Assembly (NCBI GenBank): GCA_965203805.1
Contig: OZ241917.1
Location: 4,320,001 to 4,384,000 of the forward strand
Length of the DNA: 64,000 nt
Origin: Candidatus Latescibacterota bacterium
GTDB lineage: Bacteria > Latescibacterota > UBA2968 > GCA-2709665
Reading direction: 5' to 3'
Part shown: piece after piece, positions 1-10,082 of the stretch
Numbering within the stretch: the stretch's first letter is position 1
Layout of the letters: each line of letters starts with the position of its first letter
Notes under the pieces: generated by a model
Told to the model about the DNA's origin: nothing
Databases searched by the model: none
The model's input: the letters and a program-made list of their open reading frames with translations, nothing else
Program-made: the position numbers and the translations under genes

Positions 1-430
1 CATGCTCAAGCTGTTCTTCGACATCGTCATCGGCGACTTCGAACACGGGTCGGGTGGTTTTCAGGCCTTTGTAATCCTGGACGACGATATCGGGCTTGAT
101 GTCCACCGACGCCGTGAACTTGAGCGGCTGCCCCTCTTCGTAATTCACGTCCTCGATGGTGGCTTGCGAGATCGGGGTCAAACCCTCGGATCTGCTGGCC
201 TCCCGGTAACATTCCTGCATCACCTCCTGCAGAACCTCGCCCTGAATCGCCTTGCCGAACCGTTTCTTGACCAGGCTTACGGGAATCCTGCCCTTGCGAA
301 ACCCGGGTAAATTCAACGATTTGCTGTAATTCTTGTATGCGGTCTCCATTCGCCGGCGCACATCCTCGCCCGGCACCTCGACTTCAAGCGTCCTGCGCCA
401 CGTGTCCGACTCTGAAACGGTCACCTTCAT
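1..430 (-). CDS. tig: Trigger factor, N-terminal part (runs off the window edge; absent from the ORF track)
   Basis: Manual minus-strand translation from ATG 430: MKVTVSESDTWRRTLEVEVPGEDVRRRMETAYKNYSKSLNLPGFRKGRIPVSLVKKRFGKAIQGEV...DYKGLKTTRPVFEVADDDVEEQLEH. Contains the ribosome-binding GFRKG signature. Alternative start at 442. Confidence 0.95.
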   Translation of the reverse strand, partial: MKVTVSESDTWRRTLEVEVPGEDVRRRMETAYKNYSKSLNLPGFRKGRIPVSLVKKRFGKAIQGEVLQEVMQECYREASRSEGLTPISQATIEDVNYEEGQPLKFTASVDIKPDIVVQDYKGLKTTRPVFEVADDDVEEQLEH

Positions 431-495
431 GACGTTCTGCATCCTTCTATCGCGTGGATATCTTCACCGTTATTCCCGGTACGATCCAAACGCAA

Positions 496-524
496 ATGAT
501 AAATAATCGCCCCGGATTTGTCAA
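496..524 (-). promoter_or_regulatory. Sigma70-type promoter of tig
   Basis: Minus strand TTGACA (524-519), 17-bp spacer, TATCAT (501-496), about 65 nt upstream of the tig start. Confidence 0.65.
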
Positions 525-625
525 TCCGTTTGCCGCGACGCCGGCAGGTCGGAATCCTGCATCCTCCATAAAAAATCCGGGCGCAGCTCCTGCCCGGATT
601 CAATCGGCGTCTGTTGGCGGTACTG

Positions 626-2572
626 TCAGGAAGCCACCGGCTCCCGCTCGTCGGGCGCGGCGATGATCTTTCGAATCGTGTCCTTTTCGGTGCCGCAGCA
701 CCCATTGCTCCCGTTGCTCCCGTTGCTGCCGTTGATGACCGGAAGCTCGAGTTCCCCGTCTTCGGTCTCGCGGACCCGCAGCGTGTGGTCCGCATCGGGC
801 AGCGGCATGTCGCGGTTGCCCGCATAGATTGGGTGGCGGCCCCTGGTTTTGAACCAATCGGCCGTTGTGGCGGTCATATGCATATTCTCAATGATCTGAC
901 GCCATCCGATTCCGGTGTTATACGCGCAGAAGGAGATCTCGCCTTCCTGGGTGCCGTAAGGGATCACGCACATTTCCGTACGGCGAAAATCGTAGGTCCA
1001 CAGATCCTGGAACCACATCCCGCCGACCCACATGATTCGCCACTCCCGGTCGGTCGGCCTGGGACCGCCGCTGATGGAGCCTCCGACCCTGCGGTCCAGA
1101 ATCCGGGCAAGATCAATCAGTCCGAATCCGGACGGCGCCTTTCTAGCGTCGAAATTCCGAAGCAGCGACATGCCGACCTGGAACTTGATCCATTTGGGGT
1201 CCCGCGCGGTGTCGGTCATCACTTCGATGTCCTTCATAAACTGTTCCTGGTTGAAGAACTCGGTGATGGACGCCCACTGCCGGGTCTTCTCGTTCACGAT
1301 AATATGGGCCGCGGAACCGCAGTTGGGGTGGCAGGAGCAGGTCTGCCCCCCGAATTCAACGTCCTGCCCGCGCAGATGGTCGGCCAGCGTGGTAAACAGC
1401 GTTCCCGCGCCCAGCGGGTACCAGTCGCGGTGCGCTTCGATCTTTCCGCCGGACCACGTCTGCAGGTCGTGAGCGAGGTGAGAAATGGTGTAACGCTGCC
1501 GGTGACGCATCTCGTCGGTGATATCCTCGTCTCGACCGGTAAATGAGACGGGCTGGAAGGAAATCGAACCGACCTTGTCGCTGTTGTCGATACAGAACTG
1601 GAGAATCGGCCCGACCTGTTCGTTGTTGATCGTATTCAGAACCGTTGTGACGGGCGTGATATCGATTCCGGCACGGGCGAGGTTCTCCATTGCCAGGAGC
1701 TTGGCGTCGAAGAGATTGGAAATGTGCCGGTGCTGATTGGCCGCGTTGGTGACGCCGTCGAACTGCAGATACGCCATATCGAAACCGGCTTCTTTCGCCT
1801 CGAAAGCGAAGTCAGGCTCTTTGGCAAAGCGGAGTCCGTTGGTCGCGGCCTGCACACACCAGTATCCCACCTTTTTGGCATACCGGCAGGCATCCAGAAA
1901 ATGCGGCGAGATCGTGGGTTCTCCACCCGAGAACTGAACCGACATCTGCCTGCGTGGTTTGAAGGAGATGGATGCGTCCAGGATCCGCTTGACGTCGTCC
2001 ATTGTCAGTTCGTGGACGTATCCCACCTGGTTCGCATCCATGAAACAGGGATTGCACATCATGTTGCAGCGGTTGGTGAGGTCGATCGTCAGTACGGCGC
2101 CGCGACCGTATTTGATGCTGGATGTGCCGTGCTGGTGCACGTGCTCGTCTCCCCAGGTGCGGAAGTCCCGGCCGGGAAAACGGCCCTCGATAAGGCGCGT
2201 AAACTCCGGATCGATCGACAGGACGTCTTCATAGGGGCCGTGGATCGGGCAGGACTTGCGCATCAGAATACACCCGTTTTCCTCCAGGATCTCAGCTTTG
2301 ATCTCGCCGGGATTGCCGTGTACCAGTTCACCGATGTCCCGTGTCCCGTCGATGATGGCGGTCCGGACTTCCTTTACGCAATCCGGGCACAGCGAATCGG
2401 TTTCGCGTGGAAATCCCAGGGTGGGCATCGATCGCTGATAGCTCTTCAGCAGCGGCGCGGAAGCCCAGTCAGGTTGAAATGGCTGACCTTCGGGGAGCCT
2501 TGTATTCACGCTCTGGAAGACGTTCCAGGCGGCGTTCGCAGCCCCTGAAACGAAGCGGTCACGATAACTCAT
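626..2572 (-). CDS. Radical SAM protein, tetraether synthase (Tes/GDGT-MAS, MJ0619)-like family
   Basis: N-terminal SLCPDC...KSCPIHG rubredoxin-like motif, IDLTNRCNMMCNPCF (CxxxCxxC), QFSGGEPT, ATNG, YLQFDG, FQPVSFTGR, CHPNCG, MWFQD..YDFRR..CVIPY, SFCAYN. Start moved to ATG 2572 (AAGGA RBS). Confidence 0.85.
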   Translation of the reverse strand: MSYRDRFVSGAANAAWNVFQSVNTRLPEGQPFQPDWASAPLLKSYQRSMPTLGFPRETDSLCPDCVKEVRTAIIDGTRDIGELVHGNPGEIKAEILEENGCILMRKSCPIHGPYEDVLSIDPEFTRLIEGRFPGRDFRTWGDEHVHQHGTSSIKYGRGAVLTIDLTNRCNMMCNPCFMDANQVGYVHELTMDDVKRILDASISFKPRRQMSVQFSGGEPTISPHFLDACRYAKKVGYWCVQAATNGLRFAKEPDFAFEAKEAGFDMAYLQFDGVTNAANQHRHISNLFDAKLLAMENLARAGIDITPVTTVLNTINNEQVGPILQFCIDNSDKVGSISFQPVSFTGRDEDITDEMRHRQRYTISHLAHDLQTWSGGKIEAHRDWYPLGAGTLFTTLADHLRGQDVEFGGQTCSCHPNCGSAAHIIVNEKTRQWASITEFFNQEQFMKDIEVMTDTARDPKWIKFQVGMSLLRNFDARKAPSGFGLIDLARILDRRVGGSISGGPRPTDREWRIMWVGGMWFQDLWTYDFRRTEMCVIPYGTQEGEISFCAYNTGIGWRQIIENMHMTATTADWFKTRGRHPIYAGNRDMPLPDADHTLRVRETEDGELELPVINGSNGSNGSNGCCGTEKDTIRKIIAAPDEREPVAS

Positions 2573-2718
2573 CGACAGATCCTTGTGAGTGTTGCCCAAA
2601 CCGACCGGGTTGCCGCAATGCGAAACGCCGGCTTACGGCCATATGAAGTTCCTGCAGGAGTAGAGCAAAGGGAATATAAGTAAAAAGCCGGTACCGTCAA
2701 GCGGTTCCTGTTGAAGAG

Positions 2719-3504
2719 TTATACTCGCCGTCGCAGGATTCGTTTCATATTTTCGCCGAAAATCCGCGCTCGCTGCCGGGGCGTGATCGATGCGCCAAGT
2801 ACCTTGCCCACCCCGGCCTCCATTGCCACGTCGGTCGCAAAGAGGACGCGTTCCGTCCCCAGATGGCGCACTGCCGTTTCGACAAACCCGTCGTCGTTCA
2901 GGCTGCCGCTGGTATCCACGTACACGTTCGAGACGTCCCGGAGGGTCTTGATCGCCCACTCCCAGTCTCCCACGATGGGGTGACCCTCAATGACGATGGC
3001 TTCAGGATACATTCGCGCCAGTCGCACGAAGTCCCGGCTGTCCGAGCGATTCGTCTGCCATGGTCTGCCGGAAACCGGCGTCTGTTTTCCGCCGTGGTGC
3101 AGAATCGGCACGCCCAGATCGATGCATCGCTCCACAATCGGCAGCACGAGGGGATCCCAGCATTTGCACTGATTGTAGAGCTTTACGCCCATCATCCCGT
3201 GCTTCAGAATGCACCGGTCGATTTCATCCCGCGCCTCGTTTTGAAACCGGGGATCGAGAAAGGCATATCCGAGAATGCGCGCTGGGAACCGCCGCATGGC
3301 GTACAGGAGGCTGTCATTCACCTCGCGCATTCCGTCCGGGCGGAGGTTATCCATTCCTTGAATGGGTATCGAACAGCAAAGCTGATCGATTTCCAGGCGG
3401 TCGGCCGCCTCGATCACCATCCGGTCGTCCTTCCATTTCCCACGCCATCCCACGGACGCCAGGTTACCGGCCACGTGCATGTGCGCGTCGATCCGCAAGT
3501 CCAA
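2719..3504 (-). CDS. Amidohydrolase family (TIM-barrel metal-dependent hydrolase)
   Basis: IDAHMH metal motif, GVKLY, PILHH, YVDTSG, RVLFATD, IFGEN; AAGGAG RBS before TTG. Confidence 0.9.
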   Translation of the reverse strand: MDLRIDAHMHVAGNLASVGWRGKWKDDRMVIEAADRLEIDQLCCSIPIQGMDNLRPDGMREVNDSLLYAMRRFPARILGYAFLDPRFQNEARDEIDRCILKHGMMGVKLYNQCKCWDPLVLPIVERCIDLGVPILHHGGKQTPVSGRPWQTNRSDSRDFVRLARMYPEAIVIEGHPIVGDWEWAIKTLRDVSNVYVDTSGSLNDDGFVETAVRHLGTERVLFATDVAMEAGVGKVLGASITPRQRARIFGENMKRILRRRV

Positions 3505-3724
3505 CGCTCCTTTTCGGAAGTCCCCCGCGCCAAAACCTTGACGCTCAGATTCTCAATGCCTATTATGCTTCTCCAGAACTGGATTATCAAGCGGATTCTA
3601 CGCGTTTGCCGCTTCAACCCGGACGATACGATGCTCCCGGACGGGCGACGAACGGACCACGCGGACGCTGGCGCCGCGCATGGTTTGAGAATGCGCTTCC
3701 GCGTTCCAGCAAAGGAGATTCCAT

Positions 3725-4627
3725 ATGCGCCGTTTTACACGAAAGCCGTATCTGACAGTTTCTGAAGCTTCCGAACGACGCCAGGTTCGCGGTACGATCG
3801 AGCTCGGCGAGACCCTCGTCATCGAGGCGCCCGGCGGCGCCGACGGCGACCTCAAGCCCGGCGTCATCCCGGAAACCACCACGCCGCGCGGTTCACGCCA
3901 GGGAGGCCCGTTTCTCATCGAGGGCATCGAACCCGGCGACTGGGTTTCCATCGAAGTCATCGATATCGAAGTGGGTCCCTACGGCTATTACAATAACGGC
4001 GGGCCGTTCCGAGGCAGCCTGCGCTCCGTCGCGCCCGTAAGAGACGGCCTCCTTCACTTCCCGCCGGACTTTGTCGTACCCGTCCGCCCGATGATCGGCG
4101 TGATGCAGTTGGCGCCCGTATCGGAACACCCGGGACCCTGGAACCACGGCGGCAACATGGACTACAACAGCATTTGTCCCGGCAGTACCGTGCATATTCG
4201 CGCGCAGAAATACGGCGGCCATTTCTACGTGGGCGACGTCCACGCCCGCATGGGCGACGGTGAGCTCACCGGCACGGGCGTGGAAATCGACGCGGCGCTC
4301 ACGCTGCGTTTCGACCGCTCGCCGGGCTTTCCCGCGGGCGGGCCGGTCGTGGAAACCGCGGACGAGATCCTCACCAGCGGCATGGGCGCGAATTGGGAGG
4401 AAGCGTTGAAAATCGCCTGGAGCGACATGGTCGGCCTCGTCGCCGACCGTTACGAGACCACCGTGGAACACGCCAATCTCATTGTCGGTACCATCGGCGA
4501 CGCGCGCCCGGGATACGCCGCCGGTCAGCTGAATACCCGGGGATTCAGAAGGGACAACGCATACGTCACCTGTCAGATCGGCATCACCAAAGACCTGAAA
4601 AGAACCGGCCGGCCCTTCCAGCCGTGA
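3725..4627 (+). CDS. Acetamidase/formamidase family protein
   Basis: GPFLIEGIEPGD, PMIGVM, HGGNMD, GDVHARMGDGELTGTGVE motifs. Confidence 0.9.
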   Translation: MRRFTRKPYLTVSEASERRQVRGTIELGETLVIEAPGGADGDLKPGVIPETTTPRGSRQGGPFLIEGIEPGDWVSIEVIDIEVGPYGYYNNGGPFRGSLRSVAPVRDGLLHFPPDFVVPVRPMIGVMQLAPVSEHPGPWNHGGNMDYNSICPGSTVHIRAQKYGGHFYVGDVHARMGDGELTGTGVEIDAALTLRFDRSPGFPAGGPVVETADEILTSGMGANWEEALKIAWSDMVGLVADRYETTVEHANLIVGTIGDARPGYAAGQLNTRGFRRDNAYVTCQIGITKDLKRTGRPFQP

Positions 4628-4661
4628 CCCGGCGCGACTTCGCCTTCCCGAGGGCACCCCA

Positions 4662-6818
4662 ATGTTCCATCACGATGAGTTCCCCGACAAGATCGTGCAT
4701 ATTTCAGATGCTTCTTTCTTCGATGGCCTGAATCCCGAATACCCAGGGCTTGATGAGGTCCGACTCGCCGCGGATTCAGGACGTTTCGACGATGCATTCG
4801 ACGCATGGCGGCGGCATTTCCTGTCCCGGAGCACGCCGGTCAACCCGTTCGCGGGTTCCCTGCATGAACTCCGGCCGAGGGTCGCGTCCAACCGGGGCCT
4901 GGCCGATACCATCCTCAACGGTGGACGGCGGCGATTCGGCCAGGTCGAAATCGACTTCTCCCGTCCCGTGGCGTTCAACGCGTGGTTCGGCGACCAATCC
5001 AAATACGGCTTCCATTATCTCGGGTGGATGGACTGCCTGACGAGGGCCGCTCTGGATACGGGCGATGAACGCTACGTTGAGGCTTACCTGGAGGTTTTCC
5101 GCCAGTGGTACGACATGCGGCACGAAATCGTCGGGGCACGCCGGATGCATCCGGTCTTTTACGAACTGGGACTGTCGGTGAGGAGTCACCGGTTCGTGAA
5201 TTTCCTTTACGCCGTCCAACTTCTGGATATGGCCAGCCTGCTCTCCCCGGACCACGTCCGCCGGTTCTTCAAGTCGTTCCTGGGCGCGGCCCGGTGGCTG
5301 ACGATGGAACAAAACGCCACAGGATACCGCGAGGGAAACTGGCAGGTGCACGGCATCTCGGCCATGATTCTAATCGGGTTCCTCATGCCCGAGTTCCGCG
5401 AGTCCGGCGACTTCCGTGCCGTCGGCGCGAACTACCTCGAGCAGCACATGGTGAAGGACTACTACGCGGACGGAGGGCACAGCGAGCGCTGCTATTCTTA
5501 CGGAAGCGGCTGTCTGCGCCACCTGGAAGAGGCCACCCTCCTGGCGGAGGCCAATCCGGACCTTCAACCGCCGGGGACGCTGGATTGGCGGGAGCGTACC
5601 TCGAATGCCTTCGCCTGGTTTCTAAAGATGGCCGGTCCCGGGGGAGAAATGCCCGGCATCAACGACGGCACTTTCCTGGACGGGACGGGAATCCTGAGAC
5701 AGGCGTGCAGATTCACCGGAGACGGGACGTATCTCTGGCCCATTCGCCACAAGCCGGGTGCGAACGGTGCCGAGCCGGCAAAACCCGATTTCGAGAGCCT
5801 TCGCCTGGATTCCAGCGAATTCTGCGTGATGCGCTCGGGCTGGGAGCCTGAAGACACGTTCATGCTCGTCAATCACGGCCGGTGGCCCGGCGGCCACAGC
5901 CACATGGGCATACTGGACATCAATCTCTACGCCTTCGGGGTGCCCATGGCCGCCGAAGTCTCCCGTTTCGGTCCCTACGACGCCCCGTGGGATATGTACT
6001 TCCGTTCCGAACAGGCGCACAACCACATTGTCGTCGAAGGCGCCCCGTCCGCCCGACCGGAAATCCGGGGGGAACACATCGAGTTCGGCAGCACCGAGTC
6101 TTGCGATTTCTTCTCGGGCCGGCACCGGGCGTACGAAGCCGGCGCGGGCGTCGTGATCGAGCGTCGAATCCTGTTTTTCAAACCGTGGGGCTTTCTCGTC
6201 TCCGACGCGGTGGCGTGTACCCATCGCCGGAGAAGCGCGCTCTGGTATCTCCACAGCGTCTTCCCCTTCGCCATGCGCGATACTGTCGCCGTTGCCGAGG
6301 GTAATCACGCGGGCCTCATCGTTGCGCCCGCGAACCCGAGACAACTCAAATACGCATACAGCGGTATAGATTACCTGGAGGAAATGGTCCGCGAAATTCC
6401 GGTATACTCCGGCGATCCGCCCGTCGCCCCGTGGCCGGACCGGTACTTCATCGCCCTTCGAGGCTGGTGTGTCGAGGAGCCTGTCGTCCCTTTCGACGTC
6501 CTGCTGATGCCGTATCAGGGCGCCCGTCCCGATGCGAGCGTCAAGACGCTCGAGTGTCGTGTCGACGGCCGCGCCGAATCTCCTGCGCTGCCTCGCGCGC
6601 TGCAGGTTGACGCGGGGGAACATTGTCATCTCGTGATTCACGGCGCTCCCGGCATCACCGTTACCGTTAACGACGTATCGTTCTCGGGCCACACGGCCGC
6701 CGTCGAATATCGTGACGGCCGCCCCGCAAAGGCCTTCGTCCATCGCGGCGACAGCCTGTCGGTAAACGGACGCACCATCCCGATCTCAGATCGGCCGACC
6801 CAGGAAATCGAGCTCTGA
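4662..6818 (+). CDS. Heparinase II/III-family (alginate/GAG lyase-like) protein
   Basis: N-terminal alpha-toroid (GNWQ, DGGHSERCYSY, PGINDG) plus C-terminal MRSGW, GGHSH..DINLYAFG, AHNHIVVEG. Confidence 0.85.
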   Translation: MFHHDEFPDKIVHISDASFFDGLNPEYPGLDEVRLAADSGRFDDAFDAWRRHFLSRSTPVNPFAGSLHELRPRVASNRGLADTILNGGRRRFGQVEIDFSRPVAFNAWFGDQSKYGFHYLGWMDCLTRAALDTGDERYVEAYLEVFRQWYDMRHEIVGARRMHPVFYELGLSVRSHRFVNFLYAVQLLDMASLLSPDHVRRFFKSFLGAARWLTMEQNATGYREGNWQVHGISAMILIGFLMPEFRESGDFRAVGANYLEQHMVKDYYADGGHSERCYSYGSGCLRHLEEATLLAEANPDLQPPGTLDWRERTSNAFAWFLKMAGPGGEMPGINDGTFLDGTGILRQACRFTGDGTYLWPIRHKPGANGAEPAKPDFESLRLDSSEFCVMRSGWEPEDTFMLVNHGRWPGGHSHMGILDINLYAFGVPMAAEVSRFGPYDAPWDMYFRSEQAHNHIVVEGAPSARPEIRGEHIEFGSTESCDFFSGRHRAYEAGAGVVIERRILFFKPWGFLVSDAVACTHRRRSALWYLHSVFPFAMRDTVAVAEGNHAGLIVAPANPRQLKYAYSGIDYLEEMVREIPVYSGDPPVAPWPDRYFIALRGWCVEEPVVPFDVLLMPYQGARPDASVKTLECRVDGRAESPALPRALQVDAGEHCHLVIHGAPGITVTVNDVSFSGHTAAVEYRDGRPAKAFVHRGDSLSVNGRTIPISDRPTQEIEL

Positions 6819-6883
6819 CGCAGGACGGAATCCGGGTACACGCAACCGATTCTCGCTTGGGATCTACTACTGAGGCACGCCCT

Positions 6884-8467
6884 ATGCCGCAGCCACGCAT
6901 AATGTTCTACCACGACGGCCGTCACCCCCTCATCTATATGTACGAGCCTCCCATTCAGAAGGAGGAATTCGAAGCCGGCGTGGACGAACTCGCGGGGACT
7001 CCCGTGGACGCCATCATGTTCTGCCTCGGTGACGGTCGCACGTTCCTCCACGACACGAAAGTCGGAGAGATCTGGGGCCACAACGTGGAGAAATGGACCC
7101 ACCTCGTCTTCGACAGGGCGGGCCGGAACGCCCGGCGTCTCATCCGGGAAGGGCACGATCCGCTCCGTCTCATCTGCGATCGGGCCCACGAAAAGGGCAT
7201 GCTGGTCTACCCCACGCTCCTCGTGCAGCAGGGGCGCGGGGATCGGGACGAGGACGTGCGGTGCTCCAATTTCCGGTTCGAAAATACCCATCTCGAAATC
7301 GGCGCGGGAGGCGACCTGGACCCCGACTTTCCGGGTCTCACCTGCCTCGACTTCGGGCGCCGGGAGGTCAGGGAAGAACGGTTCGCCGTTATCGAAGAGA
7401 CGCTGAACGCCTACCCCGTCGACGGCTTCGAACTCCAACTCAACTACACGCCGTATTATTTCCACCCGGACGCGGTCGAAGAAGGCCGGGAGATCATGAC
7501 CGGGTGGATTGGATGCGTGTACGATATGGTAAAGGAAAGCGGAAGCGGCCGCGAACTGGTTCTGCGTATTCCGGCCAGCATCGAGGGTTGTCTCGAAGCG
7601 GGGCTGGACGTGCGGGAGTGGCTCCGGAGGGGGATTGTGGACGTGCTCATCGGCCAGACCTTCTCCACCCCGGAACTGCTCGACTCAACCGTAGACTTCC
7701 GCCCTCTGGTCGAAGCCGCGGGAGAAACAGGGTGCCGGGTCCACGCCGCGGTGCACAGCCACGTGGACTCCGACCGGCTGGCCGAAGCCACCATCGAAAT
7801 GATCCGGGGAGCGGCCTGCAACGCCTGGGCCCAGGGGGTTGACGGCCTGTACCTTGCGCACTGGTTCGGCAACTGGCCCTATCAGGCGTCTTTCTACGAG
7901 AAGCTGCGGGAACTGCCCCATCCGGACGTTATGGCTCCTAAGGACAAGCACTACTATGTTCCCACGGAGACCGGGCGGTACCCCAGGCCCGTCACCGAAC
8001 CCGGCGTTTCCATGGGTCTGCCCGCCGCCTTGAACGTGGATAAACCGGCGCGCGTGATCATCCGGATGAGCGACGACCTCCCGCGCTGGGACGAAACCGG
8101 ACGGGTGCACGACGTGGTGCTCCGCGTACGGATCATGAACACCACCGAACGGGACCGGTTTCGCTTCCGTCTCAACGGCAAAGACCTTTCGGACGCGCAA
8201 ATGCGCAGGATCAATGAGATGTACCGGATGAGCGCGCCGCGATATCGGACGGGCTCCGGCTACTGGTACGTATTCCGGCCGGACCGGACAGACTGGCCGC
8301 GCCGGGGCGAGAACAAGCTGCAGGTTTATCTGCTCGAACGGGATCCGGACGTCACACCGGACGTATACATCCGCGACGTGGAACTGGAGATCAGGTACCT
8401 GATGGGGAGGAGCTTTCACCGAATGACCGATCCGGACCTGGGCCCCTTCGAACCTTCGGGGGAGTGA
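6884..8467 (+). CDS. GHL10/DUF187-like glycoside-hydrolase TIM-barrel protein
   Basis: FYHDGRH, DPL...AHEKGM, LDF..REVRE, Y.VDGFELQ, GVDGLYL; paralogous to 8522 and 10725; start moved to ATG 6884. Confidence 0.7.
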   Translation: MPQPRIMFYHDGRHPLIYMYEPPIQKEEFEAGVDELAGTPVDAIMFCLGDGRTFLHDTKVGEIWGHNVEKWTHLVFDRAGRNARRLIREGHDPLRLICDRAHEKGMLVYPTLLVQQGRGDRDEDVRCSNFRFENTHLEIGAGGDLDPDFPGLTCLDFGRREVREERFAVIEETLNAYPVDGFELQLNYTPYYFHPDAVEEGREIMTGWIGCVYDMVKESGSGRELVLRIPASIEGCLEAGLDVREWLRRGIVDVLIGQTFSTPELLDSTVDFRPLVEAAGETGCRVHAAVHSHVDSDRLAEATIEMIRGAACNAWAQGVDGLYLAHWFGNWPYQASFYEKLRELPHPDVMAPKDKHYYVPTETGRYPRPVTEPGVSMGLPAALNVDKPARVIIRMSDDLPRWDETGRVHDVVLRVRIMNTTERDRFRFRLNGKDLSDAQMRRINEMYRMSAPRYRTGSGYWYVFRPDRTDWPRRGENKLQVYLLERDPDVTPDVYIRDVELEIRYLMGRSFHRMTDPDLGPFEPSGE

Positions 8468-8521
8468 TCGCGCCGGATCAATACCGTTGGATCAGGAGAG
8501 ACATCGTCGGGCCGGAGGGAA

Positions 8522-10012
8522 ATGTCAGCGATGAGAAAACAACGCACGATCTATTTCAACGACGCCCGCCACTACTATCTGTTCGTCTTCGAACCGCCGA
8601 TGCGGCTGGAAGACGCCCGGGTGCCTGTAGATGAAGTCGCCGGCACGGCCGTGGACACCTTCGTCTATGGCGTGTCCCGCGCGGACGGTCTCTTCTATCC
8701 CTCCAGGATCGGCCGAATGTTCGGTGACGATCTGCGACCATTCCAGCATGTCCACGAGTGGCGCGCCTGGGAGAATATGCAAAGCCTCATCGCCCGCGGC
8801 CTCGACCCCCTGACCGTCCTGGTCGACCGCGCCCACGAGAAGGGCATGGACTTCATCGCCAGCCTGCGGATGGGCGCTTACGGCGGCATGGCCCCGGAAC
8901 ACGCGCTCAACACCGGGGGGCGGGGTTTCGTCCATCCCGAAGTGCGCAACCACCAGCGGGCGATTCTGAAAGAACTCGCCACGAGGTACGCCGTCGAAGG
9001 CGTGGAACTGGACTTCGCAGCCTCCCCCGGCGGTTGTCCTTTCTGGCTGAGGACGGAAGACGTGGCCGAATACACGCCGGTGATGACGGATTTCGTGAGA
9101 GAAACCGCCGAAATCGTCCGGGGCCGGCCGGGCGGTCCCGCCCTGATCGGCGCCCGCGTCTACCCCACCGAAGAGCTGAACCTGAAGACCGGGCTTGACG
9201 TGCGGACCTGGCTTCGAGAAGGGGTGGTCGACTTCGTGGTTCCCATGCTTTACGTCGATTTCGTACTGGACGCCAATATGCCGGTCGGCTGGCTCGTAGA
9301 GGCCGCCCACGACCGCGATGTCTCCGTCTACGGAATGCTTCAACCCTACTGCAGCGACGAGAGCCGGCGGTTCAATACGGCCGGGAACGCGACCCCCGCC
9401 ATGATGCGCGCGGCCGCCGCGAATTTCCTGGAGCTTGGCGTGGACGGCCTGTACACGTGGTTTCTTCCCTGGCCCCTGGACGAATCCGGCCGCAGTCTCC
9501 TCACGCAGCTCGGCGATCCCGATCTGATCCGGGAAGCCGACAAACACTACTTCCTGCGCCGCCGCTGTGAGGCCGCGGCCGAATTCGACTATGGCGCCTC
9601 TCTGCCCCTCGAAATGCCTTTACCGGAGCCGGGGAAATTTCGCCGGATGCCTTTCTCCATCGCCGACGACCCCGAAAATGACCGCATACGGAGGGTCCGC
9701 CTCCGGATGGGCATCAGCAATCTCGTCTCGGCCGACAGACTCGAGATCAGGCTGAACGGCGTCCGGCTGGACGTCGGGTCCTGCCGCCGTTCGCCGATCC
9801 GGTCCCGGGACCCGTACGCGGGACAACTGCTGGAATTCGACCTGGAAAACGTACGTCCCCGGAAGGGCCGGAATGTGCTCGAAATATCCCTGCAGGAAAG
9901 GCCTCCCGGCTTCGAAGGAGGAATTGTGGTGGAAGACGTGGAGGTCCTGTTCGAATACGGTACGTATCCGACACCCATCAGTGGACCGATAGGATTAGCA
10001 GCACAGAAGTAA
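8522..10012 (+). CDS. GHL10/DUF187-like glycoside-hydrolase TIM-barrel protein
   Basis: YFNDARH, DPL..VDRAHEKGMDFIASLRM, PEVR, VEGVELDF, GVDGLYTW, DKHY. Confidence 0.72.
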   Translation: MSAMRKQRTIYFNDARHYYLFVFEPPMRLEDARVPVDEVAGTAVDTFVYGVSRADGLFYPSRIGRMFGDDLRPFQHVHEWRAWENMQSLIARGLDPLTVLVDRAHEKGMDFIASLRMGAYGGMAPEHALNTGGRGFVHPEVRNHQRAILKELATRYAVEGVELDFAASPGGCPFWLRTEDVAEYTPVMTDFVRETAEIVRGRPGGPALIGARVYPTEELNLKTGLDVRTWLREGVVDFVVPMLYVDFVLDANMPVGWLVEAAHDRDVSVYGMLQPYCSDESRRFNTAGNATPAMMRAAAANFLELGVDGLYTWFLPWPLDESGRSLLTQLGDPDLIREADKHYFLRRRCEAAAEFDYGASLPLEMPLPEPGKFRRMPFSIADDPENDRIRRVRLRMGISNLVSADRLEIRLNGVRLDVGSCRRSPIRSRDPYAGQLLEFDLENVRPRKGRNVLEISLQERPPGFEGGIVVEDVEVLFEYGTYPTPISGPIGLAAQK

Positions 10013-10082
10013 AAAGGCGGTCGGACGGCTACCTGACCTGGCGCTTCAACCTGATCGTCCCGGCTCCGGATCGGACCGTTCC

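Noticed and set aside
431-625. tRNA upstream of tig (a common arrangement)
   Set aside because: No cloverleaf, T-loop GTTCGA or CCA pattern on either strand.
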